64,000 nucleotides of DNA from Klebsormidium nitens (taxonomy: Eukaryota; Plantae; Klebsormidiophyceae). Within the stretch, counting starts at the first letter, position 1. Every line of letters starts with the position of its first letter. Shown one piece after another: positions 25,663 to 38,200 of this stretch. Under the pieces are notes generated by a model. The model saw nothing but the letters and a program-made list of their open reading frames with translations, had not been told where the DNA came from and ran no database searches. The position numbers and the translations under genes were made by a program. Location: the NCBI GenBank assembly GCA_000708835.1, contig DF237006.1:131817-195816 (forward strand), read 5' to 3'.

Positions 25663-28600
25663 TTAGAATCGTTCGAGAAGTGGAGTGACTTTTTCTCGAA
25701 AACCTGGTGGCAGGCGCTCGATAGCTTCCAGAATGTCCTGCAAGCAGCGCAAATTCCCTTGGGCTGACCCGATGCACGTGAACTCAAAGATCAGAACTTC
25801 ATTGGCTATGAAAATATGAAGGAGCTCCTCAGCAGGTCACGAGTTTTGCAGATTTGTCTGGACAGGGGAAATCATGCTGACGGCTAGGGCGAAGCTTCTT
25901 CTACGGTATGAATCTGACACCAAGCACGATTTTGGCCTAGAGGAGATGAAGATGGAACCTGTGGAACAATGGCTTTCCAAGCGAGACAACTGAACTTACA
26001 AGACCCCATCACTTAGTGCTATGTACAAAGGAGGACTCTTGTTGGACTAGGATCGGAGTAGTACATCGAAACTGCAAAACCGACTTGACGGCTATGAGAA
26101 GATGCTTCGGCTCCTCAATTTAAGCGGTCCACGTGCTTGGCAGAGAGTGCGGGACTGCTTTTTTAGCTTTCTAGGCCGCAAGCATGCAGCTGGGACACCA
26201 AAGGAGCAGACTGAAGGGATTGATCTCAGCCGAGGCATGGGGCTCACTTTCCGGCGGTAGCGAGCAGAGAAGTGGATGAAGAGGATGGCCTCGTTTTGGA
26301 AGAGATGCGCCAACGGAACGACCTGGGCAATAGGAATAGCGTGGCATAATACCAGCACAGGGCCTCGCAAGAGGTGGATCAGGAGCACTACTGCAAAAAA
26401 AGCTCGGCTACTGTAGTCGCAGCTCGAAACGAGCCGCTGATTGAATCGGGCTGGGAAGATGAAAAGGCCCGTGCCGGTGTCGTATAAGGCGGCGTTAAGA
26501 TTAGGGTGCGNNNNNNNNNNNNNNNNNNNNNNNNNNNNNNNNNNNNNNNNNNNNNNNNNNNNNNNNNNNNNNNNNNNNNNNNNNNNNNNNNNNNNNNNNN
26601 NNNNNNNNNNNNNNNNNNNNNNNNNNNNNNNNNNNNNNNNNNNNNNNNNNNNNNNNNNNNNNNNNNNNNNNNNNNNNNNNNNNNNNNNNNNNNNNNNNNN
26701 NNNNNNNNNNNNNNNNNNNNNNNNNNNNNNNNNNNNNNNNNNNNNNNNNNNNNNNNNNNNNNNNNNNNNNNNNNNNNNNNNNNNNNNNNNNNNNNNNNNN
26801 NNNNNNNNNNNNNNNNNNNNNNNNNNNNNNNNNNNNNNNNNNNNNNNNNNNNNNNNNNNNNNNNNNNNNNNNNNNNNNNNNNNNNNNNNNNNNNNNNNNN
26901 NNNNNNNNNNNNNNNNNNNNNNNNNNGATAGACAGGAGGTACGGTACTTTTCAAGCCGTATTGCTCCTCTGGTATGTACCTTGGTATACCACGTGGATCG
27001 GAAAAGCCATCCTATTGGTCAAGAAATCTGGAAAGCCTTTTGCAGCTTTTCGGTCGGCGCGCACCCTTACGTTCACACGCCAACTTAGCACGCCAAGTCA
27101 ACAGTACGTCTGCAAATGTTCGGGGTTTTGTAACAGCTGCTTTCCGCTGCCGCAGGATAATCGTAGGAAAGAGATTATTTCGTTAACAGAGGCTCAAACC
27201 GCCGGGGATTGCAAGGTGTGCTCCTCGACCGCCGCATAACCCAACTCATGAAGTTGCTGCGTTCTTCGCGGATTCTTCTTTCTCAAAGTGGATTGGATTA
27301 CCAGCAGGAGGTTTCTTTTCGTCTTCAAACGAGCGGCGCGACCAAGACTTATGAGCGGAATCCTGTTCTCGAAAAGCGAACGCGACCGGACAAAGTAACG
27401 TCAAGCCAGAGAAAGGAAAAGTCTCGATCCTAACTAAAAGCTCTATGCAACAAGGTCAATACAGCGGACGAAGGCAAATTCAAAATTCTGAACCCATTCA
27501 CGCACTTCGCACCCGAACTCACCAGCCACCAAGCTAAGCTTACCCGTCCCCCGGGCTTGACCTTATCATTCACAGCACCGATTCTTAAACGAAAGGTCGG
27601 ACATCGAGAAGAAGGCAAAGCGAAACACGAGCGCACCTCATCGATGTGGGTGTGGCCCCACTTCCGCGCGTGCTCGACCGTGGAAGAGTCGTCGATGAAC
27701 GTCATCTGAGGGGGATAGAAGCGAGTAAGTCAGCTCTTCGCATGGGAGCACTTTGAGCTACAGACCTTGTTGAGAGGCGTTTTCGAAACGGCGAAACAAT
27801 CAAGTGAACAATCCCTTTCAGTATGTGCCAGAAAGCGGAGAGGGTCAGAAGCCATTTTCTTCTTTTGTTAGCAATTCATCGACGATGTTGATCCTTATCC
27901 TAGCTTGCAAGTTCCACCGAAGAAAGTGAACAGGGACGTCAAGCAAGCGGAAGGCGCCACCGAAACCAAATTCTTCAGACCTTTGATCGGACGCATAAGC
28001 CTAGGCAATGAGGCGACACATAGTGTGGACAGGGCACCTTTAGTAGAGGCAACGGTCAAAGAAGTCGTGGAGTCGCCTCGATGTAAACCGAGGATTTGAC
28101 AGAGGCATCAGCTGACGGATCGGCCCAACGCAACTAGCGGCGGGGGGAGGAAATCGAAAAGGAGACCAATGCGGGGCTTAGCCTGGATACGGACCTCCAT
28201 GATGAGCAGCTTGGCGCGCAGGACGTCCGCATTGCCGGGGTCGGTGAGGAACTCGGCTGTCGTGTCACCAGTGAAAGCCACCTCGGGCACCTCCTCCACG
28301 TCAGTAATCTGCACATGATGTCAGCCGATGTGTGACGAGAGAGGGAACTGACGTCAAAATCCGGTCAGCCCATTCGATAGCACGTGGGCAATGAACGGTA
28401 AGCGACGCAAGCAAAGGACGTGCGAAGTGGGATACGAAAGGGATTGGGGCAAGCAACGAGAGCGAAGTTTAAGCCCCGAGCTGAAAATGAGATTCGCAAC
28501 GATGAAATTACAAGAACTCGAGAGAAACTCCAAGACGCAACGCATGCCAAGTTGAAATCGGAAGGAAGGAAGGAGGAGGAACGAAAGGAATGCGTGTTTG

Positions 28601-30745
28601 CAAACTGCAACTCCAATGACGCACCTCGACGCCCGACTTCCTTAGCCGGCCGATCTCTGGCCCAGGCAGCCCCACGAACTCTTTCTTCAGCTTCTGCCGC
28701 CGCGAGTACACCACGTAACCCTGGCTGGGCACCACGTGGTACGTCCGGAACGGCTTGACGAACAACTCGCCCGACAGCCGCAGCTCTTCCCCAATCTGCG
28801 GGAACGTGGAAGCGGGATTGGGCGCTTGCATCGCAGCTTCAGAGGTGATGACTTCCACGAACCGAGGGGGTCGGAGCAGACTTTTCCCTCTCCCAAGAGG
28901 ACAACAAGAATGTGATGACTGCAAGCAAGGTGTTTCGAGGAAAATGTAACTTCGAGTACACATTGCCCAAGGATTTCCGCAGAGGCCGCTTCTCAATTTG
29001 ACGGTATGCTAGTCATAGACCGACAAAGGATAGGAACTGTCCAGATGAAGAAGAACGTTTCTTTGCGAGAAAGTCGTTGTCAATCGAAGTTAGGCGTCAG
29101 TTCAAAAACAAGGATTGGCTTACCTCGAGCCCAATGAGTTTGTGTTCTAGCTCCGCATTGTCGAGCGCCCTGAAAGCGTTGAACAGGTTCTCCACCCCAG
29201 GCACGATGACCTTAGGAACCACGATGCGCGGGGGCTTCAGTGAGAAGAGGCCGCGCGTTGCGGCTTGGAGGCACACCCCGCCCTGTACGAGTTAAAAGCA
29301 TTCAGCTCTTGCAAGTCCTTCAGCAACGAACGATTGAACCAAGCAAGTCTGGAACTCATACTGAGTTTTCGTGGTCGAACAACTTTAGGAGACCGAAAGG
29401 AACTGGACTCTTTTGGAAGTGAATCTCCCCTTGTGCCTCTCAACCACTTGATGAAGCTGAAAGTGAACTCGGGTAAGGAAAGAGAGAAACATAATGAATC
29501 TGACACCTGATTGCTTGCTGGGGGCCTAAATCTTCCTGTAAGTAGTCTTCCTCCAATGAAGTGGAACTTTGAGCAGCTTCTGATTGAACATTCTATTGTT
29601 TGGCAGTATGATCGGGCGAAGCTAAACAGAATCTGAGGAGATATAAGTGCATAAGAAGAGTATGAGCCGGAAAAGGACTTACTATGTGGTCCATGTGAGC
29701 ATGGCTGATGAGGACGTTATCCTGAAAGACCGCTCGCTGCGGACACCTCCCAACGTCAAACGCCACTTTCATACTCGGAATGATGATACAAGTCTCCTGA
29801 CCCCCGACGGACACGCCTTGCAGAGTAACACCGCCCACTGTGATGGTGGACAGATCGCCCTGAAAAAAGAGATGCCTGTGTTGTGTGCCAGCAGCTCTGC
29901 TCAGCCAGTGTTTGGGGAGCTTCAAGGCTGACAAGACGGCAAACATGTGCCCCTTCAGCAGAATTGCACTCTTCAATGCACCAGAGGGTCTGAAAGAGGG
30001 AGCTTGATGTTGCCTATTGTCAAGAGGACATCCGAATGGTGAGCTGTACATGATACACACTATGTGCAGCTGCCAGGACAACGACAGACCATATTTATTG
30101 AGCCAAAACTTCCGATGCACAAGCAGATGTGGGGCGAAGCATTCGAGTACCCACCCTGTTATGCAAGTTTGACGTGGATGCTCCTTCTTCTGTTGAGTTA
30201 GCTCCTTCTGCCTTGCCCTTTCTCTTCTCTTTGACCTGGGGCACTGCATGCCCCAACGCTTCGCTGCTCACATCCTCTGATGCAGAGGGTGGTGTCCTTC
30301 CTGTCTTCACCTCTTTCTCACCTTCTCCTATATCCTGACGTGAGGTCTCCATCTGAAGCTCGTTCTTAACTTTTGAATGTAGGCGCCAAATTGAAGAGCC
30401 GATCCTGCTGGGTCTCTGATTTGACTGCCACAACCTGCCACTAGGGAGTTTTGGGTATCCTTCGTCCCTTGCTCTGGGTTGATGACCTGCTCTACTGGCG
30501 AGCAATTCACGAAGACAGAAGGCAGCCAGAGGATGATTTATAGTGGTAAGTTTTGAAAACAGACCCGATCCACAAGTTGCAGCAAAGTGAATCCTATGAT
30601 CAGATATTCCGCTTACAGAAGCTCTAGAAGGACTCTGCTGTATGCTTGTAAGAGTAGTGAACTGGGTGTTTCTAAGAAGGCGAAGCCCTTGGCCGCTGCT
30701 GCAAGCAACCATTTTCCTGCATGTGGCAGCACACTCCATTTGCAA
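25663..30745 (-). CDS. TRZ: Short-form (TM-type) tRNase Z with long N-terminal targeting extension, 8 exons
   Basis: Exons 30745-30155, 29859-29683, 29282-29124, 28795-28625, 28308-28195, 27705-27637, 26322-26248, 25737-25663, all phase 0. Motifs GVSVGGQET, FDVGRCP, SHAHMDH|IGG, KLK, FTGDT, ME|MTF, GHTH and HFSARY. Confidence 0.95.
26511..26927. other. Assembly gap (417 N) inside tRNase Z intron 6
   Basis: Run of N; the ORF calls spanning it are artefacts. Confidence 1.
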
Positions 30746-31097
30746 AATCCGATCGAGAGCCTGGCTTCAATTCCGCTGGATTAAAGGTTACGTGTCGGTC
30801 ACCTTCTAGCGGAAGTAGAGCGGAACCGGAGCTCTGTACTGTAGTAGAAACAGGCTGCAGCACAAGGATGATCCCCCTTGTTTCTAGGCCCTACAATGGG
30901 CTCCCAACAGGCAACCAAGATAGCACCGATTCTATACAAATCAGGTTCCACAGGCATTACCGAGTACCCAGCTCCAGCAACTTTACCGTTATCACTTGCA
31001 TTTCGAGCGAGCGAACTACCTAGGGAGCATCTTCTGCTTTTCCTCCAGCATTCTCGTCAAGAACGCCCAGCTGAACAAAAGGTGGACAGAACAGAAA

Positions 31098-33876
31098 ATG
31101 GCCTTCTGTGCCGCTCGCACCTGTAACTGGCAGCTGCACCAAGCTGGTCAAGGCACGAGCTTCGTCCCGGGTGATGAAGGCCATAATGCAGGCGGCTGGC
31201 CGCATCCTGGTCGGCACCCAACCATGCTCTGGCATAAGGATTCATCGAGACGCCAAGCTGAAATGACGAAGTCAATGCTTACAGATTGTGAAATGCCAAT
31301 GTGGCCCTCACGGAGCTCACATTGCTGGTCGGGCAACACGTCAAGGGGCACGCTTGGATACAGCACAGATTGTGGACGATTAGGCTCCGGAGAGAAGACA
31401 GCAACATTCATGAGAAGAAAGAAGAGGCAGGTCAGCTTGCCACGTGCAACGCTGGGGCAAGCAGAACTCGCAGAGATTGCCCGGAGTAAGTCAGATGTAA
31501 GCGTCACCCTCTGCATCGATTGCAGGTTTCAAGCCCAGCTTTGAAAGTGAAGAAAGGACCTTTGCAATCGCTAGGCAGTGATCTCCAATCTGAGAAATAC
31601 ATACTGGTACGGCCCCCATCCTCGTGCTTGATCACACTGCTAAGGCATAAGCTATGAATATCGGCAGAAAAATCTACCTGTTGCTTTGAATTTCACAGCC
31701 TGAACGGGAATTGTTGCTGCACGTTGATGCCATTCTCGTTGTGTTTTTGGCAGTCCCTGAGGTTGTGACCGCATCCTGGGAGCTGCTCAGGGCGTTCGAC
31801 AAAAACGATGCTCGAGGGGAGTCGCAGCCATCCCTGGCTACGGAAGAGAGCCGCGCTGCGCTCAGAGACGCAGTGAGTGTGGAATCCTTGCAACTTCTTC
31901 AATCAGAAGGATGAGGCCGGATTATCTTCTGCTGAGGTTCCATCAGCCAACCACGTATAAAACCGTAAGCCGATCCTCTGGATTGGAAAAAGTCGATTAG
32001 CTCTTTGCGGGGACAATGCCGCTTGCGTCACTGATTGACAAGGACACTGGCATGTATCATCCAAGCTGTTCAGGCTAGAGCCGTGAGCTAGTCCTACACT
32101 TAATACTTGGAAGATTCAAAGGCAGACCCCATTTGGCACTTGTTCAGGTGCTTGTCGCCAGTCGTGCGGCAGAAATCAACGAGCAGGCGTCTCCCTTACT
32201 GGGCATCTGTGCGTCGAGTGTGGCTGACGGAGTGCGTGCTTTGCGGGAGTGGACGGCCGCCCTGAACACCACCATGAGCATGCCGGTCAGCAAGGTGGGG
32301 CAACCCGTATTTGAAAGAGACTGCTTTTTAGAGTGTTGCATCAACACTGACGAACGTGATTCTCTGTGCAGAGGACTAGTAAAGGCATATGCCCTTGCCT
32401 CCCAACTTTGAACTCTCTTGGAAATCGACGGAGGTTTCGAGTCCTCAGTAAAAGATAGCATAGCGAGTAGATCTTGTTCCTGCTATAGATTGGCAAAAGT
32501 CAGTCTACTCGTTGCCTGCTTTAGATTGGGCAAAACTTACCGCCTTCATCGGAATCAGTATCTCAGGAGAGCGCCCCTATTAAGATCTAAGATAGCGATA
32601 TCGGTGAGGGGAGCTCCGCTTTTTAAAAGGAGTCACTCTAGTTCTAGTCGAAAGGAACCCGTTAAGGTTCTGGCGCTGCCATCCTTTGGGATCACATCGT
32701 ATCTGGAACCGTCTCATGATGCTGCTTGGGGACAAGCCACTTCACGATTTGGCGCGTCACCAGCGACCTATGTTGGTGAACTGTTTGCTTGTCACGCTTG
32801 CTGCTTCTGCGTACTAGAGAAGTGGAACAAAGGAGCCCTGTGTCACCTCACTGCAGGAAGACGGTCAAGCAGACATCACCAAAATCGACACGCCGGTGTA
32901 CATAAAGTACAACGCACGGTCGCTGGTGAGATGCGACGCCGATCCCGAGACAGCGCTTGAAGCGATCCCCAAAACGAATCCGCCCGGGGAGGTTCCAAAA
33001 GAAGCCTCATGGTGCTTTTTCGAGGCGCCCACTCGGTTCGATGTCAAGCGCTGTGTCCCTGCGCTTGTTCTTTCAGGGTCGAACAAGTCTCTCTTGCTGA
33101 GAGAATCTCCACACTAACCGCGCTTTTGTGATTCGAAGTGAAGCTGCTAACTTGTGTTGGTGTGTCGACAGTTTTGCTACCTGACGCAGTACACCGGAAA
33201 ATACCGGGGCGTCATTGTGCAGGTGAGCCTGGTTCTAGAGTCCTTTTCAATCTGTCACGAGACGATTTACCATCGCAAAGCTGGCTGGACAGAAAGAACG
33301 TGTCGTTAGGGCGGAGACCGGTCAGAACTCTCGGGCTTGGAGGTGGCCTTTGAAAGATCGGAAAAAAAAGGGTCAACTACTGAGGATGAGATCCTATCCA
33401 CAAAGGTCCAGCTCGAAGCGGTGCAGCACCAGAACATTGGATTGTGTCTGAAGTCAGTCCCTTTGGCTGAAACTCAGACTTACGGTCCAGCGACAAATTA
33501 ATCCTGCTGCATTTCCTCTACGGAAAGCTGAGCAGATTTGACTTCTCCCCTGGGACAGCCACCACAGAATCGAGACTCTGAGGTCACTTTGAAGACGAGA
33601 CTGAGTCTGCTCTGAAGTCACTCTGGAGTCACTCTGGAGTCAGTCTGGGTCACTCTGAAATCGAAACTTAGTCCGCCTGCCAGTCGTACAGATTGTCACT
33701 TCGCTTAGTGACGCGTGCTCCCTCCTGATCGACAAGGTTAAATAGGATCCCAATCCCGGGTCTTCGCAACGATTGACTTTTTCTAACTGTTTATGCCCTT
33801 TATTTTGTGATTGTGCTTGCAGTTGGGACAACAACAAGTCGGCCACCTACCGCTTTCATTGTTCCAAGACCAGTAG
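31098..33876 (+). CDS. DUF1824-family protein (cyanobacterial-type), probably plastid-targeted, 6 exons
   Basis: Exons 31098-31485, 31754-31872, 32148-32294, 32857-32925, 33172-33222, 33823-33876 in frame. Motifs LLGICASSVADGVRALREWTAAL, PVYIKYNA, CYLTQYTGKYRGVIVQ and GHLPLSLF fit my recollection of DUF1824. Confidence 0.8.
33616..33660. repeat. Short tandem repeat of about 10-bp unit (gtcactctgg/a) in the last DUF1824 intron
   Basis: gaagtcactctggagtcactctggagtcagtctgggtcactctgaa. Confidence 0.7.
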
Positions 33877-35297
33877 AAAGACAGGATCGAACTTGACTAT
33901 TAAGTCCTTCTCCGATGACTATAACTGTCGCTCTCGCAGCCTGCAAAAGGTTGGTCATGTGCATTCATGTAGTGACTTTTTCAACGCTTGCAGGGTAGCA
34001 TTACTCCTTGATTGCCGAGGGGATCGAAAGAAATGATTCACCGCTAAGTGCATCTGTTCTGACATCCAACAGACTGGACAGCTAGACGCGTCACCTGCGT
34101 CCAGCAAATGCCAGGGCATTGGCTTGATCTTTAGCCGCGGCCATGACTGGCCGAAGCCGCATGTGCAATTTTTTTGACGGTAGGCTTCGATTCACGAATA
34201 GCTGCCCCGGCGCGGCCGCCACTGTCGTCTGGTCGGATGCAAGATCGCGAATAAGCCTGTAAAGGAATGGCCGACAGGCAGGCTAGCTTCGCACATGCTC
34301 TGTGTCCATCGCATGTGCGGCGGCCGCGCACATATCCGAGATGGTCGTTGTACGGACCCATGATATTCTGACGTCCGACGAACTGTCCTTCAGGTAGATA
34401 CTATGCCGCGTTCATGCTATTGCAAGCTTGAATGACGCGCTGCACGTTTGCTAGTATACACAATTACTCAGTGAGCGGCTGTATGCGCCGCCAGGTGGGT
34501 TTCATGCATGCAATCATTTCAAATTTGATGATGGCTAGGCCTATTAAGACAAGCGGGTGACATGTCGCGGATATCCGACAGCTGTCATGAAAGTGAGCTG
34601 GCATGTCGAGTGACTGGATTGGTCAGTGTGTGTCTCAGAGATCCTCAAAAGAAAACAGTTGATCAAATTGGATCGACGTCTGCTGATTGCTATGCGCGCA
34701 CGACTTCAAAGAATACGTGTTGTTGTGTCCTATTTGAATGTCAGTCTGTCCTTTGCTCAAGCAGTAAACTACTTTAATCGGCAGTCTTTACAGTCGTTGC
34801 AGTCGCCAGTAAGTAAAAGAATAAGAAAGAATGATGCGCGCGCTTAGCATGTCTGTACCAGTTCCTCTTCTATGCACTCCCCAACTTCCCCTTCAAGCCA
34901 GCACTCCCCACTTTCCCCGGGCTCGGCCGCCCCCAGGGGTGCCCAAGTCCCGGGGGCCCTCTATGAAAGTGCGCGGCGAGGTTCTGATCTCTCGCGCGGC
35001 CGGCCCGTCCAGCTGCTGACCCCCTCCTTTCGTTTCCCTCCTCTTGCCCACACTCAAAGCAACACACTTCCCCCCTCTTCAAAGCTCATAATAACCAATT
35101 CATCCCCCTCCTACTCAACGGTTCTGGCGGCTCCGCTCCACGTGTTAACAAGTCACCACAAACAGTGCCGTACCCAATGTCACCCGCGTGGAGTCAATCG
35201 GTCCCGACAGGAATACACGTAAGGAGCCGCCCCCAGAGTCAACCCCTCAACCTCCCTACAAAACAACTCGCCCCTCTCAATACCCAACCCATCCCCC

Positions 35298-38200
35298 TTA
35301 CGCGCACGCCCCCAGCACCCCCGCGGCGGCCTGGCACAGCTTCCTGAGCCGCACTGCGGTGCCGAGGAGCGCGTCCGTGATGTCAGCCGCGGTGGGCCGT
35401 TGGTCGGGGTCGGGCGCGCAGCACGCGTCCGCCAGCTGGACCACCTCCGCGCCGTACACGTGGACGGCAGCGGGCCACGCCTGCCGCCCGCCGGTGACGA
35501 CCAGCGACCCGAGCAGGGCCTGAAGACGGAGGGGGAAACTGTAAGGCTTGGATGCTGGGACACGAAATCAGGGGTACTGACAGAAGAGATTGTTGCAAAT
35601 GAGAGGGCAAGTGATGAGTCAAGTGTCCTAAACATTTCGAAAACAGCAATGTAGCTTTTGTGAAACTTTGCCAAACAGTGCTGCAAGATGTACTCAAGAA
35701 GCTCGGAACGCTCGTGACCATCTTCACCTTATCAAGGACAATCTGGAAACTCGCACGGTCCTGAGAACAGTCCTCGCTTCTTTGCACAGCCGTGACGACA
35801 AAGCCAACAACGGTACTTAAAAAGTTCAATAAAGAACGTGCTCCGTTGCCTTACCTTGGTGTCACAGAAGCCGGTGTTGGGACGCGTCCCCGTCACGATG
35901 GCATGGATTGTCTTCCCGACCGCATAAACGTCAGACCGGCGGTCCTGGAAGCCCTGGTAAAACACCTCAGGGGCGACGTACCTCGGGGTGCCACACTGCA
36001 GAAACAGGGTTGAACGGGGTTAATAACACGAACAGAATTTGGAGGAGTCAGGTTCAGAGCCAAAGTAGAAATCAAAACATCCTCAAAACCGGGAGGAGAC
36101 TTTTCCAACTGGTTAGCACGTGCTTCGGCTTCATTGAAACGGAAGACAAACGAATTTACGGTCAGAAAAGAGAACAGGGACATGCAATGCACAACCCTTT
36201 GCGATCGAACAGAGAACGTTGCAGTCGAACGGAAAGTGTGCGGAATGCACGGAAGGGGCGCTCACCCTGCCGTTGCCCTGCGGCTCATGCAGATACGTGG
36301 CAAGGCCCAGGTCCGCCAGCTTGCCCACGCCACGCTGACTCAGCAGGTTCTCGGGCTTGACGTCGCTGTAAGAGGAGGCGACGAACTGAAGTGAGTTCTC
36401 AATTGCCATCCGGACCGGACGCGCGGAATGCATCGCAAGTGGAAAACGAAGTGAAGATTGTTCGGAAAGCCGGGTCTGCGATCCGAGCAAAAAGCTCGCA
36501 GATTTCATGCAGCTCGAGATCGAACCTTGTCTAATGGCACACTTTCTAAAGGCACGACGACCTCATGACAACGTTCGTCACAGTGCTGTCAAATGTTTTT
36601 CCCCCTCGCAGACTCCATGCCTGTGCGTGGTATCGCCAGACTCTCTCAGTTGTTTTCTAGCTTTTAAACGGAACGAAATGGAGCGGAGCGGAACGGAACG
36701 GAACGGAACGGAACGTATGGAACGGAATCCGTACCGGTGCACGACGCCGAGCCCGTGCATATCCTCCAGCCCCTGCAGCGCCTGCCACAGGAACCGCACC
36801 GCCCGGTACAGCTGAACCGGGGTGCACTGCACGCCTGCCCCAGGCTGGGTCCACGTGGGCGGACCGTCCGCCAGGTCGAACACCAGAGCGAACCGGCCGA
36901 GGTAAAGTGAGAAGCCGCGGACGGGGATGAGGTTCGTGCAGCCGCTGCAGGCGGCGTGGAGCACGGCCTGTGGAAAGGGCGGAGGTGTTCTGGGTTTTTA
37001 TTTGGGAGATTGCGAGTGTATCTCTTAGCAGATGGTTGCGAGGGACTGGCATTGAAGCACTTAGGCTTTGGAAGGCAGAACCAGATCTTGGACATGCAAG
37101 CGGAACAGAGGATGCGATTTTGTACGCTCGTTTTTGTGAAGTTTGTTTTGGAGATAAGCTGCAAAGCGTACGCGGTTCTCCTGACAGAACAGATTTCCAA
37201 ACTGGCGCATCCCACACGGATCGCACTTATCCTCGAGGGAAGCTACTGCAGCGCATGCAAGTTCGTCTTTTGACTCACCTCCCGGACCAGGGGCGCCTCT
37301 TCTCCAACGGCAAACTTGATGGCGGCCGAGAAGCTGAGGCCGTCACCAGTGCGCGCCTCCCCCGCAAACACCACCCCCTGACCGCCCTGAAGAGGCAACA
37401 ATCCCATTAATGAAGTTCGATGATAGATTCAAACGTGGTTTGAGAGACCGAAAAGTGTGCATTGTGCATTGAACTGGGAACTGAAGTATGCAACAAGGGA
37501 GCAAGTGAAGTCTTGCAAGATAGTTCCCAAGCCAGCCTCGACTTCCAATCAAGAGGTGCAGTACGTTGACTGGCGAAGAGGTGGAAGAAACCAAGTTGCC
37601 AGCCGTTGTTCGATAGAAGAGAGTCAGAGCTCCTCTTAGCATAGTCCAAACAAGATAGGCAACGCATTCCATTTTGAGTAAGCGATGGCAAGCAGCTCAC
37701 TCTCGCCAACTCCCGCACCAGCCGAACGTTGGGGATGAACGGCAGGACTCGCGCCAAGTCGGCGTACTGGATCGGGCACACGCTGGGAACAGCACCCTGC
37801 AAACAAAGCAACACTGCGGTAAGACCTCGGCCACTTTTGCCTTGGTAACGTTTCCGTGCCTTTTCAGAAAATGGTGGGATCCCCAACACCTCCTTCAGCG
37901 CAGAATCACAAGGTCTGGGATCAAGTTCTGATCCTGAGCATATGATCAGGAGCCAAGAGTAGAGATATGGTTCAAAGCTTGCACGAGACCGTGACCACTT
38001 CTCACCTCCCAGGAGTCCTGGACCTGCGGCGCCGCCTCTGCCTCCCCTGCCCACAAGGGCCCCGCCGCGGCTTCTGCCCCGGGAGTCCCAACCGACTCCT
38101 CCTCCCGAGGACACGTGTCGATCTCCCCTGCCTCCACCTCATCTCTCTCCTCCCCCTCCCTCTCAGTCTGCGCCCCCTCCAAAAGTGGCCCCTCCTCGTC

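Noticed and set aside
26388-27088. Long ORFs in the provided track spanning the N run
   Set aside because: Artefacts of translating N as X.
33616-33660. Tandem repeats considered as a CRISPR-like array (also 12214-12328 and 36668-36729)
   Set aside because: Units are 5-32 bp without unique spacers, the context is eukaryotic intron or promoter, and there are no cas genes.
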